Assembly (NCBI RefSeq): GCF_036494765.1 | Contig: NZ_AP027487.1 | Source: Escherichia coli | GTDB lineage: Bacteria > Pseudomonadota > Gammaproteobacteria > Enterobacterales > Enterobacteriaceae | Strand: one strand, 5' to 3' | DNA length: 24,000 nt | Part shown: positions 9,871 to 17,915 of the stretch, in pieces | Numbering within the stretch: the first letter of the stretch is position 1 | How the letters are laid out: the number at the start of each line of letters is the position of its first letter | Translations under genes and position numbers: made by a program | The notes under the pieces: model-generated | The model's database searches: none | The model's input: only the letters and a program-made list of their open reading frames with translations | Told to the model about the DNA's origin: nothing

Positions 9871-9900
9871 TTTGTAAAAGGCCGAATGAATATCCGGCCT
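9871..9900 (-). terminator. Probable rho-independent terminator downstream of adk
   Basis: The minus strand reads AGGCCGGATATTCATTCGGCCTTTTACAAAAAC. AGGCCG/CGGCCT form the main stem, with further A-T pairs inside and TTTT following. It lies distal to the GC-rich palindromic repeat that follows adk. Confidence 0.5.
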
Positions 9901-9924
9901 GAGATTGCTGATAAGTTTGCTTGT

Positions 9925-9985
9925 GCGGGCCTGTTCCCCTCACCCTAACCCTCTCCCCGAGGGGGCGAGGGGACTGTCCGTGCGC
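9925..9985. repeat. GC-rich imperfect palindromic intergenic repeat (BoxC-like family; family name tentative)
   Basis: The sequence is GCGGGCCTGTTCCCCTCACCCTAACCCTCTCCCCGAGGGGGCGAGGGGACTGTCCGTGCGC. It has nested arms CCCCTC...GAGGGG and CCCTCTCCCC/GGGGGCGAGGG. This CCCTCACCCTAACCCTCTCCCC..GAGGGG type of sequence recurs in E. coli intergenic regions. It is non-coding and sits just downstream of the adk stop. Confidence 0.45.
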
Positions 9986-9994
9986 GCTTTCGAA

Positions 9995-10711
<717 letters not shown>

Positions 10712-10771
10712 TCAAGAAAGGCACCTGGGGCTGAAACGGTTAATGGCGAGATAATTTGCGGAAAGTGCAGA

Positions 10772-10815
10772 TGATGAAAAGAAAAATGCCGGATGACACG
10801 AAGGTCATCCGGCAT
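10772..10815 (-). terminator. Rho-independent terminator of htpG
   Basis: The minus strand reads ATGCCGGATGAC-CTTCGT-GTCATCCGGCAT (12-bp perfect stem) followed by TTTTCTTTTC. It starts 5 nt after the htpG stop. Confidence 0.85.
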
Positions 10816-10819
10816 TACA

Positions 10820-12694
10820 TCAGGAAACCAGCAGCTGGTTCATACGACGAATAAACAGGTTCGGATCTTCCAGCGTGCCGCGTTCTGCCAGCAGCGCCTG
10901 ATCCAGCAGCAGTTCTACCCACTCGCTGAACTTCGCTTCATCTTCAGTATCTGCCGCACGTTTCACCAGTACGTGATCCGGGTTCAGTTCGAAGATGTAT
11001 TTCACTTCTGGCACTTTCTGGCCCGCCGCAGCGAACAGTTTCGCCATCTGAGTGCTCATTTCGTCCGCGTCGGTCGAAACGATCGCTGGCGTATCGGTCA
11101 GACGGTGAGTCAGACGGACATCTTTCACGCGCTCGCCGAGCAGGGCTTTCACACGGTCGATGAACGGAGTCAGTGCTTTCTCCGCTTCTTTCGCGCTCTC
11201 ATCAACTTCGTCAGCCAGTTTTTCAAGCGACTCGTCAACTTTAGACACCGACTGGAACGGTTTACCGTCGAACTCAGTCAGATAGTTCATCATCCACTCA
11301 TCGATGCGGTCGGAAAGCAGCAGAACTTCGATGCCTTTCTTACGCAGCAGTTCCAGGTGCGGGCTGCTCTTCGCTGCCGCATAGCTGTCTGCGGTGATGT
11401 AGTAGATTTTCTCCTGCCCTTCTTTCATGCGGGAAACGTAGTCTTCCAGAGATACGGTCTGCGCAGAAGAATCGGTATGGGTAGAAGCAAAACGCAGCAG
11501 TTTGGCGATCGCTTCCTGGTTAGCGAAATCTTCCGCCGGACCTTCTTTCAGTACCAGGCCAAACTGTTGCCAGAAGGTCTGGTATTTTTCCGCGTCGTCT
11601 TTCGCCAGTTTTTCCAGCATTTGCAGCACACGCTTGGTCAGCGCATTGCGCAGGTTACGCGTTACCGTGCTGTCCTGGAGGATTTCACGGGAAACGTTCA
11701 GCGGCAGATCGCTGGAGTCAATCAGACCACGCACGAAGCGCAGATAGTTCGGCATGAACTGTTCTGCGTCGTCCATGATGAACACACGCTGAACATACAG
11801 TTTCAGGCCGTGTTTATGATCGCGGTTCCACATATCCCACGGAGCCTGGGACGGGATGTACAGCAGGCTGGTGTACTCCTGCTTACCTTCAACACGGTTG
11901 TGGCTCCAGGTCAGCGGATCATTAAAGTCGTGGGCGATGTGTTTGTAGAACTCTTTGTACTCTTCATCGGTGATTTCCGACTTGTTACGAGTCCACAGCG
12001 CCTGCGCTTTGTTGATTTTCTCCCAGGAGATAACGGTTTCGCCGTCTTTCTCTTCGCGTTTTTCGATCTCTACCGGCAGCGCGATATGGTCGGAGTATTT
12101 GCTGATGATGGAACGCACGCGCCAGTCATCGAGGAACTCGTCTTCGCCTTCACGCAGATGCAGGGTGATTTCAGTACCACGATCTTCTTTGGTGATGTCG
12201 GCAACGGTGTATTCACCTTCGCCAGCCGATTCCCAGAAGACGCCATTTTCTGGTTTTTCGCCTGCCGCGCGAGTACGCACGGTCACTTTGTCGGCCACGA
12301 TAAACGCAGAGTAGAAACCAACACCAAACTGACCGATCAGCTGGCTGTCTTTCGCCTGGTCAGAACCCAGGGATTCGAGGAATGATTTGGTACCGGATTT
12401 AGCGATAGTCCCCAGATGGTCAATCACTTCGTCGCGGGTCATCCCCACGCCGTTATCGGAGATGGTCAGCGTACGCTTGTCTTTATCGAAAGAGACACGA
12501 ACGCGTAGTTCGCCATCACCTTCGTACAGGTCCGGGTTAGAGAGCGCACGGAAACGCAGCTTGTCCGCCGCATCGGAGGCGTTAGAGATAAGCTCACGCA
12601 GGAAGATTTCTTTATTGGAATAGAGAGAATGGATCATCAGGTGCAGAAGCTGTTTCACTTCTGACTGAAAACCACGAGTTTCTTGTCCTTTCAT
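10820..12694 (-). CDS. htpG: Hsp90-family chaperone HtpG (624 aa)
   Basis: Complete 624-aa ORF with the GHKL ATPase N-terminal motif ([12 protein letters not shown]-like [15 protein letters not shown]). GAGG Shine-Dalgarno lies upstream and a sigma32 promoter lies upstream of that. Confidence 0.98.
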   Translation of the reverse strand: MKGQETRGFQSEVKQLLHLMIHSLYSNKEIFLRELISNASDAADKLRFRALSNPDLYEGDGELRVRVSFDKDKRTLTISDNGVGMTRDEVIDHLGTIAKSGTKSFLESLGSDQAKDSQLIGQFGVGFYSAFIVADKVTVRTRAAGEKPENGVFWESAGEGEYTVADITKEDRGTEITLHLREGEDEFLDDWRVRSIISKYSDHIALPVEIEKREEKDGETVISWEKINKAQALWTRNKSEITDEEYKEFYKHIAHDFNDPLTWSHNRVEGKQEYTSLLYIPSQAPWDMWNRDHKHGLKLYVQRVFIMDDAEQFMPNYLRFVRGLIDSSDLPLNVSREILQDSTVTRNLRNALTKRVLQMLEKLAKDDAEKYQTFWQQFGLVLKEGPAEDFANQEAIAKLLRFASTHTDSSAQTVSLEDYVSRMKEGQEKIYYITADSYAAAKSSPHLELLRKKGIEVLLLSDRIDEWMMNYLTEFDGKPFQSVSKVDESLEKLADEVDESAKEAEKALTPFIDRVKALLGERVKDVRLTHRLTDTPAIVSTDADEMSTQMAKLFAAAGQKVPEVKYIFELNPDHVLVKRAADTEDEAKFSEWVELLLDQALLAERGTLEDPNLFIRRMNQLLVS

Positions 12695-12745
12695 GTAGGT
12701 CTACCTCAATAATGCCATTTTAAGGTTAAAAACAGGATGTGGGAG

Positions 12746-12774
12746 AGATGGGGACAAGGGAGAATAATTTCAAG
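12746..12774 (-). promoter_or_regulatory. Sigma32 (heat-shock) promoter of htpG
   Basis: The minus strand has CTTGAAA (12768-12774), a 14-nt spacer and CCCCATCT (12746-12753). This is a near-perfect match to the sigma32 consensus CTTGAAA-N13-15-CCCCATNT, about 50 nt upstream of the htpG ATG. Confidence 0.85.
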
Positions 12775-12798
12775 CGAGAGCAGGTGATCCTGCTCTCG
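12775..12798 (-). terminator. Hairpin immediately after recR (terminator or attenuator of the dnaX-ybaB-recR transcript)
   Basis: A 10-bp perfect stem CGAGAGCAGG / CCTGCTCTCG with a 4-nt loop, 5 nt after the recR stop. The downstream sequence is CTTGAAATTATT (moderately T-rich), which is also the -35 of the htpG promoter. Confidence 0.6.
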
Positions 12799-12803
12799 TT
12801 TGC

Positions 12804-13408
12804 TTAAAAACGAATCTTATGACGCCCGGCAAGGGAGTGTGACAACGTGGTGCCGTCGACCATTTCCAGCTCGCCGCCAACCGGAACGCCATGAGCGATT
12901 CGGCTGGCTTCCACGTCATATTGCGCGCAAAGCTCGGCAATGTAGTTAGCGGTAGCTTCACCTTCAACCGTGGGGTTGGTGGCGAGGATCACTTCAGTGA
13001 TTTTTTCCTCTGCCAGACGCTGTTCCAGACGATCAAGCCCGATATCATCCGGACCGATGCCGTCCAGCGGTGACAGATGCCCCATCAACACAAAATAACG
13101 ACCTGAAAACTGCCCCGTCTGCTCAATGGCGTAGATGTCCGCCGGACTCTCCACCACGCAGATTTGACCGTTTTCCTGACGACGCGGATTCGAACAGATG
13201 TTACAGACTTCCTGTTCGGTGAAAGTGCGGCAATCGGCGCAGTGGCCGATTTCCGACATCGCCCGGGTGAGCGCCTGCGCCAGACGCATCCCGCCGCTAC
13301 GATCGCGCTGAAGCAGCGTGAACGCCATACGCTGCGCCGACTTCGGGCCAACGCCCGGCAGACAGCGCAGTGCTTCCATAAGCTGTGTTAACAGCGGGCT
13401 GGTTTGCA

Positions 13409-13409
<1 letters not shown>
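12804..13409 (-). CDS. recR: Recombination mediator protein RecR (201 aa)
   Basis: Complete 201-aa ORF with the C4 zinc-finger [17 protein letters not shown] and a Toprim region. Its ATG overlaps the ybaB stop (TGATG). Confidence 0.97.
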
Positions 13410-13753
<344 letters not shown>

Positions 13754-13790
13754 TCACGTTAAGGATGACGAACGTAAGCTGTGCTTACGA

Positions 13791-15722
13791 TCAAATGGGG
13801 CGGATACTTTCTTCATCCAGCTCCGCATCGAAGAACCGACGCAGGGTCTGAATATTATTATCCGCAATAATGGACTCGCGCGCCTGCGCAAGTTTTTCTT
13901 CGTATATCGCCTGACGCCACTCCAGCGGCGTACGCACCGCGGGATTATCATCTTCAACGATAGTCAGTTCAACCGTTGAACCTTTTAACATGCTCAACGC
14001 TTCAGCCAGTTTTTGCTGTGCACCGCGGTTGTTCAAATGCCGCTGAGAGGAGCGCAAATGCAGACATACTGCGTTGTCGCTCTCCTCTTTCCAGGCATTT
14101 AACGCCACCTGTTCGACCAGTTTTGGTAGCGAAAGTTGGCTCACCTGTGCCGCCCACGGGTCGCGCTCAATGGCTTCTGCCGCTAGCTTCGCCGCCAGTT
14201 CCGGCGTTTTTTCATGTTCCAGCGCTTTTTTCAGCGCCTTCGGCGTGGCGACCACTTCTTTTTGCTGCATCACCGGAGTGGTCGCCTTCCAGCGATACGC
14301 TTCTTTTTTGGCTGGCGCTTTTTCCAGCGCCGATGGCACCGGACGCGCCTGAACGCGATCGGTGACCGAAGCCAGTCTTTCCAGCGCAGCGTTATTCACC
14401 GGCCGCGCGCGGGTAGCGGCTGCCGGTTCACTCTTTTTTGCTTTGGTTGCTCCCTGCACGCGCTGCAACTGCTGGCGCGCCGCCAGCACCTGGCTGGTGG
14501 TTTCCGGGAGCGGTACAGTCGGTGCCTGCTGCGGCGCTGATTGCGGTTGCGGCGGCACCTGGGTTGGCGTCATTACTGCCGTTGGCGCGACGGGTGCAAA
14601 GGACTGTCGTGGCACTTCTGGCTCAGGCAGCGGCATACGCGGATGGAATGCCAGCGCGCGCAGCAGCGTCATCTCAACGCCCATGCGACGGTCCGGCGCA
14701 TACGGTAATTCTTTGCGACCAATCAACAGCGTCTGATAGTAAAGCTGAATATCCGTCGGCGGTATGGTGCGCGCCAGTTCACGCATCCGCAGCTCGATGG
14801 CGGCCATGTCGTTGCCAAGTGCAGCAGGCGAAAGTTGTACCATCGCAATACGATGCAACAGGCCGAGCATTTCCACCAGCAACGCTTCCCACTCGATACC
14901 ACGGGCAGCGGCTTCATTAATCAGCGCCATTACGCGCTCGCCGTTGGCCTCGACCATCGCTTCAACCAGCGACAGCGCCTGATCGTCGTCAAGCGTACCC
15001 AGCATCGCACTGACCGCCTGGGTTGAAACCTGGCCGTCACCGCTGGCAATCGCCTGGTCGGTCAGACTTAAGGCATCTCGCAGGCTGCCTTCAGCGGCGC
15101 GTGCCAGCAATTGCAGCGCCCGCGGCTCGTGAGCGATATGTTCTTCGTTGAGGATGTGCTCAAGCTGATGGCGAATTTGCTCGACATCCAGCGCCTTGAG
15201 ATGAAATTGCAGACAGCGTGACAAAATCGTCACCGGCAATTTCTGTGGATCGGTCGTCGCCAGCAGAAACTTAACGTGCTCCGGCGGCTCTTCAAGGGTT
15301 TTTAACAGTGCGTTAAAGCTGTGGCGCGACAGCATATGCACTTCGTCGATCAGATAAACTTTGAAACGACCACGCGCCGGAGCGTACTGGACGTTATCCA
15401 GCAGGTCGCGGGTATCTTCAACTTTGGTGCGCGAGGCGGCGTCGATTTCAATCAGATCGACAAAGCGCCCCTGCTCGATTTCACGACAGTTATCGCACAC
15501 GCCGCACGGCGTCGCGGTAATGCCGGTTTCGCAGTTTAGCCCCTTCGCCAGCAGTCGGGCGATAGAGGTTTTTCCGACGCCACGGGTGCCGGAAAAAAGA
15601 TAAGCATGATGAATACGCCCTAACGACAAGCCGTTCGCCAGTGCGGTCAGCACATGTTCCTGGCCGACGACGTCAGCAAAGGTTTGTGGGCGCCATTTTC
15701 GGGCTAAGACCTGATAACTCAT
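13791..15722 (-). CDS. dnaX: DNA polymerase III tau subunit (643 aa, full-length frame). The gamma subunit (431 aa) arises from the same start by a -1 frameshift and ends at the TGA at 14428-14430
   Basis: Complete 643-aa ORF with AAA+ Walker A GTRGVGKTS, the zinc module CETGITATPCGVCDNC and a P/A/Q-rich linker. An internal A AAA AAG slippery site is present (see the next feature). Confidence 0.98.
   Translation of the reverse strand: MSYQVLARKWRPQTFADVVGQEHVLTALANGLSLGRIHHAYLFSGTRGVGKTSIARLLAKGLNCETGITATPCGVCDNCREIEQGRFVDLIEIDAASRTKVEDTRDLLDNVQYAPARGRFKVYLIDEVHMLSRHSFNALLKTLEEPPEHVKFLLATTDPQKLPVTILSRCLQFHLKALDVEQIRHQLEHILNEEHIAHEPRALQLLARAAEGSLRDALSLTDQAIASGDGQVSTQAVSAMLGTLDDDQALSLVEAMVEANGERVMALINEAAARGIEWEALLVEMLGLLHRIAMVQLSPAALGNDMAAIELRMRELARTIPPTDIQLYYQTLLIGRKELPYAPDRRMGVEMTLLRALAFHPRMPLPEPEVPRQSFAPVAPTAVMTPTQVPPQPQSAPQQAPTVPLPETTSQVLAARQQLQRVQGATKAKKSEPAAATRARPVNNAALERLASVTDRVQARPVPSALEKAPAKKEAYRWKATTPVMQQKEVVATPKALKKALEHEKTPELAAKLAAEAIERDPWAAQVSQLSLPKLVEQVALNAWKEESDNAVCLHLRSSQRHLNNRGAQQKLAEALSMLKGSTVELTIVEDDNPAVRTPLEWRQAIYEEKLAQARESIIADNNIQTLRRFFDAELDEESIRPI
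14399..14455 (-). promoter_or_regulatory. dnaX: dnaX programmed -1 ribosomal frameshift cassette (internal SD-like AGGGAG, slippery A AAA AAG, downstream stem-loop)
   Basis: On the minus strand, AGGGAG lies at 14450-14455. The heptamer A AAA AAG lies at 14433-14439 and covers Lys codons 429-430 by frame arithmetic from the ATG at 15722. The -1 frame reads AAA AAA GAG TGA, with the stop at 14428-14430. A GC-rich stem-loop CCGGCAGCCGCUACCCGCGCGCGGCCGG lies at 14399-14426. Confidence 0.93.
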
Positions 15723-15850
15723 TGGCAGGCTCTGAAACGCTGGAAGGTGGATTCACGAAGGGGTAATGCTAACACAGCCCCGTCAGAACGGCGAGGCTGA
15801 ATGCACATCTTGTGCTGTCCGTAGCGTGGGCAGCACAAGACTGGCGATAA

Positions 15851-16402
15851 TTAATGGCCCGGGAACGGGACAAGGCTGTAGCTGGTAATGCCCTGTTTTT
15901 CGAGACGCTGTTCGCCGCCGAGATCGAACAGGTTGATAATGAACGCAGCGTCAGCCACTTCACCACCCAGACGACGGATCAGTTTAACGGTCGCTTCGAT
16001 AGTGCCGCCGGTTGCCAGCAGGTCGTCCACCACCAGAACTTTGTCGCCCGGTTTGATGGCATCAACGTGGATCTCCAGCTGATCGGTGCCGTATTCCAGG
16101 TCGTAAGTTTCACTGATGGTTTCACGCGGCAGTTTGCCCGGTTTACGGACCGGTACAAAGCCAACGCCCAGACCCAGAGCTACCGGAGCGCCAAACAAGA
16201 AGCCACGCGCTTCGGTGCCGACAACTTTGGTAATGCCCGCATTTTTGTAACGCTCAACCAGCAAGTCGATGCTGAGAGCGTAAGCTTTCGGGTCTTCCAG
16301 TAAGCTGGTGACATCGCGGAAAAGAATGCCGGGTTTTGGGTAGTCCTGAATGCTTTTGATGCTATTTTTGAGATACTCAAGCTGCTGTGCAGTCGCGGTC
16401 AT
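15851..16402 (-). CDS. apt: Adenine phosphoribosyltransferase Apt (183 aa)
   Basis: The track ORF (201 aa) is trimmed to the ATG at 16402 ([30 protein letters not shown]...). The PRPP-binding motif [13 protein letters not shown] is present. Confidence 0.95.
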
Positions 16403-16554
16403 AAGTGTATGCCTGCTTGTTACGGTGGTACTCACGGCGCGTTTTAAACGTATCAAAAGTAACAGTTGTTTAACCTTTGACCGCCTGCGCCTGTGCTCGA
16501 AAACGCCAGAATGTACTGGCTGTACGCAATAATTGCAACTGCGATTGTTGTGCT

Positions 16555-16932
16555 TCAGTGCTTTTCTTGCTTTTCATCAATCACCGGAATTCGCCACATA
16601 TAGAAAAGCAAACAGGCGAGAATTACCAGCAACATGATGCGCACCCATGGCATCTGGACGAACCACAGAGAAATGGCAAACGTGAGCAAAATAAGCAAAA
16701 TCGCCCGCGGTTTGACGCCGCGCGGCATCGCATGATGTTTCTGCCAGAAACGTAGATAGCTGCCAAACCATGAGCGGTACAGCAACCAGGCGTGAAAGCG
16801 CGGGGAAGAACGGGCAAAGCACCAGGCCGCCAGCAGGATAAACGGCGTCGTCGGTAATACCGGTAATACCACGCCCAGCGTACCCAGCACTACCGCCAGC
16901 CAGCCAATGATGATTAAAATGATTCGTTGCAT
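16555..16932 (-). CDS. ybaN: Inner-membrane protein YbaN (DUF454, 125 aa), function unknown
   Basis: Complete 125-aa ORF that is strongly hydrophobic (about 4 predicted spans by eye). The sequence is recognised as E. coli YbaN. Confidence 0.9.
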
Positions 16933-17001
16933 ATTGAGTGTTGTCAGCTTACAGAGTGGCTACTTTAGCATAACAATTATCATTTTCATTGAGGTCTTAT
17001 C

Positions 17002-17529
17002 GTGAAAACCGCCCTGCTGCTGGAAAAACTGGAAGGACAGCTCGCTACGCTGCGTCAGCGTTGTGCCCCGGTGTCACAGTTCGCCACGCTAAGTGCTCGT
17101 TTCGACAGGCATCTTTTTCAGACTCGTGCGACAACACTACAGGCTTGTCTCGACGAGGCGGGCGATAATCTGGCTGCGCTTCGTCATGCAGTTGAGCAGC
17201 AACAGCTGCCGCAAGTGGCCTGGCTGGCGGAACATCTGGCGGCACAACTGGAAGCCATCGCGCGTGAAGCCTCCGCCTGGTCATTGCGCGAGTGGGACAG
17301 TGCACCACCGAAAATTGCCCGCTGGCAGCGTAAACGTATTCAGCATCAGGATTTTGAGCGGCGGCTACGTGAGATGGTTGCCGAACGCAGAGCCCGTCTG
17401 GCGCGGGTGACCGATCTCGTGGAACAGCAAACGCTGCATCGTGAAGTGGAAGCCTATGAAGCGCGCCTGGCACGCTGCCGCCATGCGCTGGAAAAAATCG
17501 AAAACAGGTTAGCGCGTTTAACCCGCTAG
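17002..17529 (+). CDS. priC: Primosomal replication protein N'' PriC (175 aa)
   Basis: Complete 175-aa ORF with a GTG start preceded by GAGG. It is basic and helical, Arg/Leu/Ala-rich, and recognised as E. coli PriC. Confidence 0.93.
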
Positions 17530-17542
17530 CAATGGAGAGAAT

Positions 17543-17704
17543 ATGTCACTGGAAAATGCCCCTGACGATGTCAAACTGGCTGTCGATTTGATTGTGCTGC
17601 TGGAGGAAAATCAGATCCCTGCCAGTACCGTGCTGCGCGCGCTGGATATTGTAAAGCGTGATTATGAAAAGAAATTAACGCGCGATGATGAGGCGGAAAA
17701 GTGA
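17543..17704 (+). CDS. ybaM: Small protein YbaM (53 aa, DUF2496), function unknown
   Basis: Not in the ORF track (under 60 aa). The ATG at 17543 is preceded by GGAGAG, 13 nt after the priC stop. It translates as [53 protein letters not shown] and ends at TGA 17702-17704. It matches the annotated E. coli ybaM. Confidence 0.8.
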
Positions 17705-17756
17705 GAAATAAATGGGGTCGCTAAATGTCCCCTAAGGTTGCGGGCAAACGCAAAAC

Positions 17757-17856
17757 TGCCTGATGCGCTACGCTTATCAGGCCTACACCGCTCCTGCAAT
17801 ATATTGAATTCTTGCGGTTTCGTAGGCCGGATAAGGCGGTCACGCCGCATCCGGCA
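17757..17856. repeat. BIME: two inverted REP copies between the convergent ybaM and mscK
   Basis: TGCCTGATGCGCTACGCTTATCAGGCCTAC (17757-17786) and GTAGGCCGGATAAGGCGGTCACGCCGCATCCGGCA (17822-17856, opposite orientation) both fit the REP consensus. Confidence 0.85.
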
Positions 17857-17885
17857 TGAACAACGCGCACTTTGTTAGCAATCTC

Positions 17886-17906
17886 GGGGCAACTAAATGT
17901 TGCCCC
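17886..17906. terminator. Hairpin at the mscK 3' end (possible terminator for priC-ybaM read-through and/or mscK)
   Basis: GGGGCAAC-TAAAT-GTTGCCCC (8-bp stem), followed on the + strand by CTTTCGTTTTT. It lies 10 nt downstream of the mscK stop on the minus strand. Confidence 0.5.
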
Positions 17907-17915
17907 CTTTCGTTT

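Noticed and set aside
10793-12385. A 530-aa ORF on the + strand, the second-largest uninterrupted + strand frame in the window.
   Set aside because: It lies entirely inside htpG on the opposite strand, in the exact codon-complement register. It has no Shine-Dalgarno or promoter, its composition is low in complexity (F/R/V/Q-rich), and it has no recognisable domain. It is a shadow ORF caused by htpG avoiding UUA, CUA and UCA codons.
14360-14920. A cluster of overlapping 100-160-aa + strand ORFs and very GC-rich, Ala/Pro/Gly/Arg-rich translations that could suggest a hidden gene or a repeat array.
   Set aside because: They all lie antisense to the P/A/Q-rich low-complexity linker region of dnaX (tau). 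High GC and biased codon use suppress stops in several frames. I found no periodic direct repeats.
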